DNA of 64,000 nucleotides, taken from contig CP128819.1 in NCBI GenBank assembly GCA_051546255.1, forward strand, positions 1 to 64,000. The letters are read 5' to 3'. Below are positions 51,882-62,691 of the stretch, piece after piece. Each line of letters opens with the position of its first letter. Position 1 is the stretch's first letter. The DNA comes from Meyerozyma guilliermondii (Eukaryota). The notes beneath the pieces are model-generated. The model searched no databases. It had not been told where the DNA came from and saw only the letters and a program-made list of their open reading frames with translations. The translations under genes were made by a program, and so were the position numbers.

Positions 51882-53768
51882 ATGCTTAAGTCACGTTCTG
51901 GGACACAGGAAAATTATCTGTTCAATTCTCCAGTGGGCTACTCCAAGAAACCACTTATACCTCCACTAATCAATTCTTCCTGCCAAGAAAAAAATGAATT
52001 TCATCCCAATGAAATACCCAAACGAAATCGACTCGATACACTTCCGTTCGAAGTACGGGCAAAAATAGCCAACGAACTCAGCCAATTTGATTGTCTCAAT
52101 CTCCTCCGCACAAACAAAGCCATGTACATGTCTACGATGCCTCGGCTCTACCAGCATATTGTCATTGATGAAAATTACAGTCAATTCAACAAGGAGATAT
52201 CTTTCAAATATTATGAAAAGACGGTGAAAAACAGACCAGATTACCGCAAAGAGCACTCGTGTACTTTTGTCAAAAGCTCGTACAATTTTCGGAGGTTGTT
52301 GACCCATTACATTCTGCTTTACGAGACCAAGTTCAAGTACTGCGAACCGTCGAATATTCCCACCAGCAGCTTTCCTTATATCAAGACATTGAAGTGCCTC
52401 GAGCTCCCAGACTCCCTCAACACGTACGACCACGAACTTAATGACCAAATAAGTGATTTTTTTACAACTTTGGTCCACCTTAGAGAACTCATTTGGCTCA
52501 ACGACAATTTCCGACTAGAGTACTTGGGCAGTCTTCCCAATACCAGCTCCATACAAACGCTTGTTCTCAACATAAAATTCAGCAATTACCTCTCGGAGCT
52601 CAGTTCCGAGCCTCCAGAACATTCCGACTCAGAGCTGATATCCTCGGTTTCGTCGCTGAAACCATTGACTTTTCCAAACATCACCAACTTTCAAATCCGA
52701 CCATTTCAGAACTCCACCCGGCTTCAGCGCATTATTAACAATCTCCTAGTGGGGGAGAACATCTCCCAGGTTCTGCAGAACCTCAGAGTGCTCAAAATAG
52801 CTCGGTTTGACAAAGATGTCAATGTCTTGGTTCCGCCATGTGGAGAGCTCGTTTCGGCGAATTCTGACTCGTTGAACGAACTTGATTTGCACACTATCCG
52901 ATCTCTTTCAGAAAGCAAGTTGGAATATCTTTCAAACCTCCAAGTTCTACTGCTCAACAATTGCCTATTATCACCCAGCGATGCCGACCTTTTACTCAAG
53001 TCAGTCAACCTCAAAAATCTCAAAACTTTGGAACTCAAAAATGTATCTGAATACCAAAGAATCACCCAAACAACAACTGAAGGTATAGAGGACAGTTTTT
53101 TAACGAGAATTTGTGATCATATAGGCCAATTGGAGCATTTAGCTCTTGACTTCCGCGAAGCATATACAGACACCGTTTGGCTATTTCTTTCCAATTTGAA
53201 GTCTGAAGCTCTAAAATCATTGGACTTGATCCTAAGATACAACAGTACCAAGCTAGAGCAATTTTCTATGAATGGACTCTACCTGTGCTATGCTCAATCA
53301 CTTGTATCAGGAAACAAGAAAGAAACCGTTACCAAACTTTCAATTGAAATCAAGCAAGAAAACCAATTCTGTGACTTGATTATTCCACTTCCCTCCAACA
53401 AATTCTACCATGAATTGAGTCAATTCAAGCAACTTACAGCTCTAAGAATCAATCCCAATGTGTCGCACGATTGTCATGAAGTGTTGCAAATGGTGGAATC
53501 TTTGCCAAAACTCAAATTTCTTGATGTCTTTGGAGCCCAAGCAGGCGGGGCACCCAATCTTGGTTTAGGTATGGTCCACCCTACCATCTATGACGACTGG
53601 TTTAAAGTTCAACATGTTGCGATTATGTACTTTCACCATAATTCGCAGCTAAAATATATCCGAATTAACAGGTGTGTTTTCGAGCGAAAAGACGAGGTGA
53701 TTCCCCGAGACGGACTCGACGGCTGGTTCAGCCAATTGGTGCGAGTGGGCTACAATGTGGATATGTAA
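51882..53768 (+). CDS. F-box-like / leucine-rich-repeat protein
   Basis: LDTLPFEVRAKIANELSQFDCLNLLRTNK...RLY..I F-box-like motif followed by LxxLxxLxL repeats. Confidence 0.7.
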   Translation: MLKSRSGTQENYLFNSPVGYSKKPLIPPLINSSCQEKNEFHPNEIPKRNRLDTLPFEVRAKIANELSQFDCLNLLRTNKAMYMSTMPRLYQHIVIDENYSQFNKEISFKYYEKTVKNRPDYRKEHSCTFVKSSYNFRRLLTHYILLYETKFKYCEPSNIPTSSFPYIKTLKCLELPDSLNTYDHELNDQISDFFTTLVHLRELIWLNDNFRLEYLGSLPNTSSIQTLVLNIKFSNYLSELSSEPPEHSDSELISSVSSLKPLTFPNITNFQIRPFQNSTRLQRIINNLLVGENISQVLQNLRVLKIARFDKDVNVLVPPCGELVSANSDSLNELDLHTIRSLSESKLEYLSNLQVLLLNNCLLSPSDADLLLKSVNLKNLKTLELKNVSEYQRITQTTTEGIEDSFLTRICDHIGQLEHLALDFREAYTDTVWLFLSNLKSEALKSLDLILRYNSTKLEQFSMNGLYLCYAQSLVSGNKKETVTKLSIEIKQENQFCDLIIPLPSNKFYHELSQFKQLTALRINPNVSHDCHEVLQMVESLPKLKFLDVFGAQAGGAPNLGLGMVHPTIYDDWFKVQHVAIMYFHHNSQLKYIRINRCVFERKDEVIPRDGLDGWFSQLVRVGYNVDM

Positions 53769-53880
53769 TCGTGATCATTAAGTCTATTAAGTATAAAAGT
53801 CCAATTGGACCATCTATCAGTGGACTACCGGATTTCGTCTAATTGGTTCATTGGACCATTGGCTCCGTCTACCATGGTCT

Positions 53881-54033
53881 CTAGTTGCGGTTGAGACTGA
53901 TGTCAAAGATTTCTCCAAGAAAGCTACCTTGGAATTTGCGCACAGGCTTCTTTTTGTTAGCAGCAGCAGATCTGATCTCCTTCATAATCTGGGCTTCCTT
54001 TTCGGCGGCAGTCATTTTGGTAGGTGCAAGCAT
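53881..54033 (-). CDS. Putative 50-aa basic microprotein (below the ORF-track cutoff)
   Basis: MLAPTKMTAAEKEAQIMKEIRSAAANKKKPVRKFQGSFLGEIFDISLNRN, with ATTAAAAATG start context and TATAAAG about 30 nt upstream on the minus strand. Confidence 0.5.
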   Translation of the reverse strand: MLAPTKMTAAEKEAQIMKEIRSAAANKKKPVRKFQGSFLGEIFDISLNRN

Positions 54034-54741
54034 TTTTAATGTTTGATATCGAGAAAAACGCCCTTTATATCTATTTTCGGCCTTATGGAAACAGTTACTC
54101 CGATGCGGCCAACCTCATCTCCATTGGCCCGGCGCGTTTTTCGCACCGGAAAAACCCCGCCCCACCAGCAGTGAGGGGTACACAGTAAGTCCGGATGGAG
54201 TTTGAGATGGAGTTAGCGAACTTGAAGGGTATGCGAGGGGCCCGCTAAGCGTGGCATAGCGAGTCTTTTTTGGAGTTTTTTGGACGAAATTGAACTCGTT
54301 AAACACACTTGTTTTTCAACGGTCGGCGAGCCATTCTCCGAACTCGACACCGACTTCGCCCATTTGGGACAAAAAAGAAATTCGACACAGTTGGTGCGGC
54401 GCGGCGCGCCAAATAGTCTGGACTTAGCTGATATAAAATGGCTGCAAATAGGAAAGAAAAAGAAAAACTCAAACAACAGCGTTTGCTTTCCTTGAAACAA
54501 GTCGAAACAAGTCTCTAAGTTGAAGGAATTTCGATTTGAAAACATTTGGCTTGGTAATGGTCGTATGACTCTAGCCTTGACTTGAGCCGCGCGGATTATT
54601 CCGCTCGGGTAGATGGAGCGAGGTGCAGGCATATAGTGAGTCAAGTCGTGAGTCACGAGTACAGTCAAGAACGCCAGTGTCAGAAACCAACAGAAACAAA
54701 CAGAAACAGTAACCGAACCAGATAATGATGTAGAACCCTTA

Positions 54742-57256
54742 CTAAACGAAAGAATCCTTTCGATATTCCAAAAAATCAAGTGAACCGTCGGCTGCAAAAT
54801 AATTCAAAATGTCATCCTGACCATAAAACAAATCACCAAGGTTATTATTGGCGTGACCAGCATCGAACTTCTGCCGAAAGGTTTCGTCGTGGTAGTAATT
54901 CTTTATCAAATTTACCAAACTCCACATTTTGTCTCTTTGCAATCTCTCCATTATGAGATGAATCTGTCGTTCAACGCCGGTTAATTCTGCTGTTGGGTTT
55001 ATCAGAGCCGACTTCTTAGTTGTAAGTGACTTCTGAAATGTCTCAATTGCTTCAAATTTTTTAGCTGACCCACTTATCAAACCACTCAATTCGTTAAGCT
55101 CCTCCTCAGAAAATGGAAGCATCGCTTTAGCCACAAGTTCATCACAATTCTCGTACATGGACTCCTGGCACATCAAGAGAGTCCCGTAATTGTATTGTCT
55201 TTCCTTCAAGTAACCACAATTGGACACCTTACCTAGTTGTTCATCAAATTCTATCATTTTGGTTTCCATCAAGATGATGTTCTCGATGATTGATTTCAAA
55301 CCAGCTTCTAATAGTGGCTTGTTCTTGGCACATTTAAGTCTATCAAGCTTTTTCAAGGTGCACCGAGCTCGAAGTCGGAGCACTCCTGTCAATAATTGCA
55401 TACTGTTGCAAGCAATTAAAAGAGGACGAAAAAAGTACTCTCTCGAAGGACCAAAAAATCGAGAGCAAGAATCTATAAAGCCTTTTTGTAGAAAAGGCAA
55501 CTCTCCATAAGCAATTAAAACAAGTTTTCTGAGGTAATTGAAACCCAAAATGTTGTCTCCTCTAGTCTCCAGACCCACGTACAAAGCATAGTAGAGTACC
55601 ATCAAGAAGCACTTGGACATAGTTAAGAACCGAAACTTGATAGGTTTTGCCAGATTTTTGCTGTAGGGCGTGAAATAGCTTTCGAAAGTGCCCAATTCAC
55701 GAGAAATAAGCGTCTCAAATTCTCTAATCTCTGCCACCAATTGATGGTGAGAACAATATTTTCGAACCATCAGCATATCAATCAACTTATAGAGTTTATG
55801 AATCACAGGAGCCAAAGATGCCAACGCTGAACACACCTGGTTTAGCATCGCTGAGTTGGTTATGGCTTGCTGTGGTAACTTCACCTCAAAATCTGAGTCT
55901 TGGAAATATAATGGACTGTAGTACAAGTGAGCCAACTCCATGTTCATCATTTGCAAAACCAACCAAAAACATCTTCTGAACTGAATCCACAGTAAATCAT
56001 ACTTTGTAAGCTGGGAACGCACTCTCTGGTCAAATTGAAGGCTTCTTGCAATCGCAACTATGGTAGAAAACATTATACTGGGATCTCCATGGTTGAAATA
56101 GCAGTCGCTTTCTGGCGCCCGCAAGTTGTAATCAAAAAGCAAAGTCAAGGCTTGAAGAACCTCCCAGTTAGAGTCATAGGTCAAGTCAAGACACTGCAAT
56201 AGGCTTTCCAGAGCATGGATAGCGTCGATGGAAATCCGGCATTTTGAAGCAAGTATTTGGTTTTCGCCCAAGTTCAAAAGGTGCAAATAGACATGGCGCA
56301 AAACAACCACCAATGTAGTGATGGTTGCAATGTCTTTTTTTCAGATTCACACAAAGTTTCGAGCCGTTTTCGTTCGTGGTGAGAACATTTTCATCAATCA
56401 ATTTTTCAATATTCTCTCTAAACCTGTCTTCAAAAACCAAAAATGAGCCCAAGCTGCAGTCTGAGAAGAACACATCAAGGCAACTCAAAATGGTATTTTT
56501 ATCAGGAATTTCAGACTCAATTATCTGTAGCAATGAACTGCTCACCCAGTCTGGACGGGCACTGTAAATTATTCCCGCAGAAGCTCCATAAATAGATATT
56601 CTCTGACGAGCCACAAGTAGGTCGTCATGAGAGAAATCATGCCCTAGTCGCTGAATATAAGAATCTTTAAAGTAATTACTGGCCTTCTGCTCCAATTCTT
56701 CAATCTGAGCTTTTGGTATCATACTACTTCTCATGGGAATTTCGTCCCAAACCACTTTTTTTTGGGTTAATATGTGATTCTGCATTAGCCCAGTGATAGG
56801 GTCCGCTCTCGCCATCATCAAGTAGACCAAAATGCCATGTCGAAACTGGTTTCCGTGTTTTATTTCATAGTCATCAGGACCAGAATGAAGGGCATTTGCT
56901 AGGTTGAAATGGAAGTCTTCAGTTCTCAGTGTATTGGGATAACCCCCATAAGCTCGGGATAGGCTTGTTGTCTGTTCAAAACCCAGTTCTGGTTGAAATC
57001 GTTCCATACCAGTAAGGTTTCCAGTCAACTTTCCGGTAAAATTCTCATTCAAATTTTCGTCACTCACAGAACAAACTTCACCGGGAGGCAAAGTGGCCAA
57101 GTATATCGAGGTGTTTTTGCCATTGAACATACAAGTGGCTTCGGTTCCCAGCTTTATACAAGAAGAACAGGGATATCTACGGTTGCATTTTTTCTTCCTC
57201 ACGCGGCAGTTTGTGCACGAAAACTTTGTTCTACCCCTTTTTACGACTTGTTCCAT
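54742..57256 (-). pseudogene. Zn(II)2Cys6 transcription factor split by a +1 frameshift in an A7 run (56335-56341)
   Basis: The 5' ORF carries CTNCRVRKKKCNRRYPCSSC...C. Deleting one A gives ...VNSKKDIATITTLVVVLRHVY, in frame with the 523-aa 3' ORF. May be a sequencing error. Confidence 0.75.
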
Positions 57257-57590
57257 GGAGAAGCAATGAGAAAACAGCAGTTTCAAGTCAGCCTGACTAG
57301 CAAAATATAGCGTGATTAGCAAAATATAATAGTAAAGAAAGTAAAATTAGAAGTTCGCACTGAAATCGAAATGTCAAATCTAAATCTGAGATCGCACGAA
57401 TAGACGAACAAACTTTTCGATGACATATATTATATACCGAAGATGAGTTACAAAAAATGAAGTCAGGTGGTAGTGACTGCTAAAACTGTTAATTTCCAAA
57501 GCTGGTGTATTCTTTCTATCAATATTCTTAGATTTTATGCGATACAGAATTTCGATGGTGAATTTGCAGCCGTTCACCCTTCATCAATCA

Positions 57591-58466
57591 CTACTTTTCC
57601 CAGTCATATATAGGCTGCACTGCCAAATGTTGGCTAGAACGAAAGTCCCTGTTGTAGTATGAGCCCAAATTTTGGGACATAAACACCACCATATTCAAAA
57701 ACATCAAGAGGCCATCAAACACATAAAGAAACACTTCATGAGAAATAATGTATCCGTCGTTGCCCTGGGCATATTCAACACATCTAACGACAGAACGGAC
57801 AAAGATCAACACAGAACAGATCATCAAAATCACAAGAATCATCTGCCAGTTTCGAGTTGATGAAGGCTGATAACGATAATGCATAGCAGCTGGCGAAGGT
57901 CTTTGGCTTATTCTGTACTGGAAAACACTCATCACAACAATGAAAATGCCAAAGAAGACTATTTGGATGATCAATCCAGCAATAACAATATGTTCGCCAA
58001 GTTTCATTTGGTCTTGTCCTTGAGACATAATACCTCCTCCCCCAGCCTGAACAAGAAACGAAAGAACGTCTCCACATACAAAGATTTTGGTAAGCCACTT
58101 CAATGGTATAACCGAGAGGTTTTCACATCCTGTAACCCGAATAACGTGCCCCAATGTCATATATATAGTGGCTGCAAATAACGCTGGTGCAACCAACAAA
58201 AGAAGCGACTGAATGATATAGGGAGTCAATGATTCGTCGTTCTTAGAAGACAGAGCTCTAGCTCCATACCCAACTATTTCAAATAAACCTCCCAATAGAA
58301 AAGGAATAAGCGATAAAATTTTTTTCAATGCCGTTTGACTTCGATTTCTCAATGCTGCTGTGAATTGATATGCACAAAAAAGGGTTGCAATGCAAAATAA
58401 AATGCACGCAATGATGGCTGCGGCCAAAGATGGGGTGTACTGGTAGAATTGAAAGTCCAGGGACAT
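57591..58466 (-). CDS. RTA1/RSB1-family 7-TM protein (putative lipid-translocating exporter)
   Basis: Y.Y.PS.AAA, LLVAPAL.AA.IYM.LG, TKIFV.GDVLSF.VQ.GGG, RS..R..EY..G..GY...HE motifs. Confidence 0.92.
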   Translation of the reverse strand: MSLDFQFYQYTPSLAAAIIACILFCIATLFCAYQFTAALRNRSQTALKKILSLIPFLLGGLFEIVGYGARALSSKNDESLTPYIIQSLLLLVAPALFAATIYMTLGHVIRVTGCENLSVIPLKWLTKIFVCGDVLSFLVQAGGGGIMSQGQDQMKLGEHIVIAGLIIQIVFFGIFIVVMSVFQYRISQRPSPAAMHYRYQPSSTRNWQMILVILMICSVLIFVRSVVRCVEYAQGNDGYIISHEVFLYVFDGLLMFLNMVVFMSQNLGSYYNRDFRSSQHLAVQPIYDWEK

Positions 58467-58519
58467 GTTTTGGGTTTGGTCCTGAGTTCCATGATCTTAT
58501 ATACATCGTTACTTCGCCT

Positions 58520-58580
58520 GGACGGAGTGCGGGATAGCGGGATAGCGGAATAGCGGAGATGGCGGAGATGAGCGGGATAA
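58520..58580. promoter_or_regulatory. Tandem CGG(G/A)(A/G)(A)TA/G direct repeats upstream of the RTA1 gene; putative Zn2Cys6 sites
   Basis: GCGGGATAGCGGGATAGCGGAATAGCGGAGATGGCGGAGATGAGCGGGATAA. Confidence 0.6.
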
Positions 58581-58790
58581 GGACTGCATGGAGAGCCGCG
58601 ACAATCTAGATAATGGAAATGACTAATGGAAGGGATAGTTATGAAAAGATTATCAGTCTTAAACCCCTATTTATATTCATCACCTCAACCCCGCCATCTA
58701 CAACCTTACCGGAGCAACTTCGACAATTGGTCCATTGATAAACTGGTGTATGGGCGCACTCAACTTCTTATTGATCACGGTCATTCCAGT

Positions 58791-58813
58791 ACTGGTGTAC
58801 TGGTGTACTGGTG
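58791..58813 (+). repeat. Interstitial telomeric repeat (ACTGGTGT) x ~3
   Basis: ACTGGTGTACTGGTGTACTGGTG, in the opposite orientation to the terminal array. Confidence 0.8.
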
Positions 58814-59036
58814 GTCGAAAACAGCAGTAATTGTGATTCAATCGGTACTGATGCGAACAGAAAGTTTAAGGAAAAATTGAGAGAATGTAGTAAATGGAAA
58901 GAATAAGAAATTGAGTATAAAAGATAGCAGGATCAGTAGCTTCCACTTCCTACTCTAGGTTTGGCAAATTATCTCTCGTATATGTTTAATTACATACTGA
59001 GCTTCGCAGCGCACTTTGATAATTTCTTGATCACTA

Positions 59037-59396
59037 ATGGAGAAACAATCGACTGAAGAAACTATGGGGGAAAGAATGACTGAAGAAACTGGGGCCAAAA
59101 ATCCGACAATCAATATTGGGATTACAGTGCAATTGTTGACTTATTTCCTGTTATGTTTTGGCTGGGTACTTCTCGTCACCTTTGAAGAGAGAAATGTTAA
59201 TGTAAAGATTTCGGGTTATATCTGGTTATGTTCTGCAGCTTTCCATGTGATCGCTTTATTAATATCGACATACGTCACAATCTTTGCCTTTCGACATAAG
59301 GAGTTAAAATTTATGGTTTTTGGGAGCTTAGTCTATCTTGGTATGTGCCTTACATCATTTATATCGCTTATCATTTGGTTCTGTCTAGATCGGTAA
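59037..59396 (+). CDS. Small 3-TM membrane protein, unknown family (copy 1)
   Basis: Paralog at 61112-61453 keeps the frame, the stop position and the C-terminal WFCLDR. Confidence 0.7.
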   Translation: MEKQSTEETMGERMTEETGAKNPTINIGITVQLLTYFLLCFGWVLLVTFEERNVNVKISGYIWLCSAAFHVIALLISTYVTIFAFRHKELKFMVFGSLVYLGMCLTSFISLIIWFCLDR

Positions 59397-59607
59397 CACA
59401 AATACACAGACTCTTCGCTACCTTTAAGTCTGAGACTACGAATCATGGGATCATACCTTGGCAGAAAGACGCTATATCACCAATATAGTATCAGTGTATT
59501 CCACAGCTCGCACAACACTACACCACCGTGGAGGATATCATCACGTGATCGGTTGGTCGCGTGGCTCATAACGCGGTTGCAAAACTATTTCGCATTTGTA
59601 CTTCTTC

Positions 59608-60285
59608 ATGTCAACACCACCAGTGCAAGAAATGACACCTCCACAACAGCCGGAAGAGCTGAATCCACTCCAATTGGAAGGAGTTACTCCACAACAAATG
59701 GAAGAAATGGTTAGACATCTTGTGAGAGCATTTTATACACCACGAACGGATGAACTGACTTCTTTACCAGTGGAGGAAATGGCCATAGCAACTACGTCCG
59801 AAGCTACGCCCGAAACACTGGATAGCTTGATGTCAACCCTGAATAAATGGCGGATAGCGATTGCACTTACCTCTGGTCTAGGTGCGGTGGTGTCATCCGA
59901 GATTTTCGTGAAAAGAATTCCGAAAGGGTTGAGCATCACTTTGGCAGTTGCTTGTAGGGTTCTTACAATTAATCGGGTGCTTGGCATATCCGCTTCCAAT
60001 CGGCGCAAGGACCCACCCAAAAATTATCATTGGAGCATGTATTCTGCTGTTGCGTCCACAGCGGTATATGGTGTCGCCGGCTGGTACCTTTCTCGAAAAC
60101 AACATCCAACTGTATTTGTATGTTTGGTTATGTTGATGTTTACAGCCATTAGCGGCATGTCCTCGCTAAAAATGTGGGTATTTGCTTTTCTTAGCTTATA
60201 TATGTTTACCTTTATTTATATATATGATACCCACGTACTGTTTGTCACAAAAACTTGTCAAATCATTCTAATACCCACGAGCTAA
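59608..60285 (+). CDS. Hypothetical membrane protein
   Basis: 225-aa ORF with an acidic/Pro-rich N-terminus and several hydrophobic segments. No recognised family. Confidence 0.5.
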   Translation: MSTPPVQEMTPPQQPEELNPLQLEGVTPQQMEEMVRHLVRAFYTPRTDELTSLPVEEMAIATTSEATPETLDSLMSTLNKWRIAIALTSGLGAVVSSEIFVKRIPKGLSITLAVACRVLTINRVLGISASNRRKDPPKNYHWSMYSAVASTAVYGVAGWYLSRKQHPTVFVCLVMLMFTAISGMSSLKMWVFAFLSLYMFTFIYIYDTHVLFVTKTCQIILIPTS

Positions 60286-61111
60286 GATGCGAAATGCAAG
60301 ACATGTTCTGTCTGCCTTATCGAACGTTAGTTTATAAACTTGATATTCCGGTATGGAAGTCACATAAATAGACTCATAAACTGGAAATTTTCGGTTCATC
60401 CTTCCAGATTATTACTTATTTATCTTTAAGATGGTGAAGTTCTTAGCCACACTTGATCAGATATATACAGGAAAAAACAGAATGAAAGAATGTGTTGCAA
60501 CTTTACTTAACAATTGACGGGCATATCGGGATCAGGATCCAAATACGAACAACAGCAATAAGTGTGCCTCAACTCGGTACACTCTCAAGTCTATTGTAAT
60601 ACTGGGCGGGGGTAGCAGTATACAGGTTTAGTCTAAACTTCCAATGGTCACGGTGGGGGCGAGTCTAGAGCGTATCCACGTGAGTGTGATATAGAGCGGC
60701 AGGTGAGACATATGGAGTAGTAGCTAGTTACCCCAGTAGTCTTCCCAGCTACCGGAGCTCATCGTTGAATAGGCCGAAAAAAACTCTTCGAGTTCCTCGG
60801 TGCTGTCGTGTCGTCTGATCCTACATAGATGCAACGTCCAGGTCCTGCATTTTCAACACCGGTGTACCGGTGTACTGATAAGACGAGAAAGTACAAGGAA
60901 TAATAAAATTCAATTAACCAGAAAAAGAAAAGAGAATGAAGGAAATGGAAAGTATAGGGATCTAATTGAGTATAAAGACAGCAGAAGTAAGCTGGACTCC
61001 GCGATAGTCGTTTTCAGGTGCATTTGACCTGCGAAAGCTACGACTTTTTTTCACGACTCTAGGTTTGGCAGATTATTTGTACGTTTAATTATAAACTGAG
61101 CTTTGATCACA

Positions 61112-61453
61112 ATGGAAGAAAAAGCGACTGAAGAAACTGGGGCCGAAACTCTGCAGAAAGTTAGTACGATCGACCAGTATGCAGTTCTGTTTTTGACTTT
61201 TTTCCTGTTGAGTTTGGGCTGGGTATTTCCCGTCGCCTTTCCAAAGGAAAATGTTAATGTACGGATTCCGGGTTATATCTGGCTCTCTTCTGCAGCTTTC
61301 CATGTGATTGGTGCTGCAATATGGATAAACGTCGTAATCTTTGCCTTTCAATATAAGGAGTTGAGATCTTTGGCTTATAAGAGCTTAGTCTATCTTGGTT
61401 TGTGCCTTATATCATTTATATCACTTTTCATTTGGTTCTGTCTAGATCGGTAG
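61112..61453 (+). CDS. Small 3-TM membrane protein, unknown family (copy 2)
   Basis: Shares TEETGA, NVNV.I.GYIWL.SAAFHVI, IFAF..KEL and SLVYLG.CL.SFISL.IWFCLDR with copy 1. Confidence 0.7.
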   Translation: MEEKATEETGAETLQKVSTIDQYAVLFLTFFLLSLGWVFPVAFPKENVNVRIPGYIWLSSAAFHVIGAAIWINVVIFAFQYKELRSLAYKSLVYLGLCLISFISLFIWFCLDR

Positions 61454-62091
61454 TACAACTAGACAGATTCTTTGCTCTTGTTATTTATCAATAAGAGCTT
61501 ATAAGTGAAATTCAAGCAGAACAGCCTAGAAATACGTGGTCATTCTTCATGCATTTTGTGCATTTGATGAAGTTGGCGACCCTCGGAATAAATGTAGTAT
61601 GTTGGCAATAGTAAGCAATAGTAAGCATTAGTAGCACTAATAACAATACCAAGCAAAGAAGCAATACAACATGAGATTATCAAGTCTTAAACCGTCATTT
61701 TATTTTTCAGCTTCTTGACCCCACCATTCACAAGGCTCAGCGGAAAACCGCCTCCGGCAATTGGTCCACATTCATGCTGGTGTATGGGTGCACTCAACGG
61801 CTAATTGATCAACGGTCAAGCAATTAATGCACCAATGCAATTCATAATGCAATGTAGCCAAGCAAGTCGCTTAGGTTTACGAGCTTAAGGTCGTGTGACC
61901 AAGTGGAAATTGGCGCCAGATTAGCGGGGTACCGGCGGTAAAAATTGAAATGAGTAGGCGGATCCACCATCCAATAAAATCAAGGAATTCCGTCCGCCTC
62001 CATCACCAGCCAACACCAATTGGTCCACGGCCAACTCTATCTTTCTTCTGGCATTGCTGATTTGAAGGGACCCGCGGACTGCACACAGCAC

Positions 62092-62176
62092 CACGTTGAC
62101 AGTGCGCGTTCACGGCGAATTGCAGCCACGTGGGGGGCCGGTGTTGCAAATTAATCGCCCAAATAGGAAACACGTG
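62092..62176. promoter_or_regulatory. Pho4-type E-boxes upstream of PHO84
   Basis: CACGTT at 62092, CACGTGGG at 62127 and 62171; TATATAAA at 62642. Confidence 0.75.
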
Positions 62177-62691
62177 GGGTGGGCCAAGAAATTTCAACCA
62201 TTGCAATTTTGCATTGGCACCATTTTTTAGCCATATCTCTTGGCTTGACACAGCCAAGAGCTGTCAACAACGCAAGCGAAGATCATTTATGTACGGGACC
62301 CTTGGCTACCACCACAAACAAATTTGGGCCCACTTTAATCGTCACAAATTACACCACATGGGTGCAAAAAATTCGGTCATAAAGTGCGCCGCAGCGTCGT
62401 AAGTAGGGACAGATTCGCTTCGGACAATGGTCATCAGGGAGAAATTTTGAGGAAAGTTGGAAGATACTGACATTAACCATCACCACAGACTACCACCATT
62501 AACCATCATTCATCTTCTTCCACCACATTTATCTTTCCCGTTCTCCAACGCTAGCCCAAAACCTCTCGCGAGGCGTCAACCCGTGGTCTAAATTATCTGC
62601 ATCTGAAAAAAAAATAAATTAATTTCGCCGTAGACCCCAAGTATATAAAGGCCTCGAATCCTCAAAATTATCATCCACCACAACTACCACT

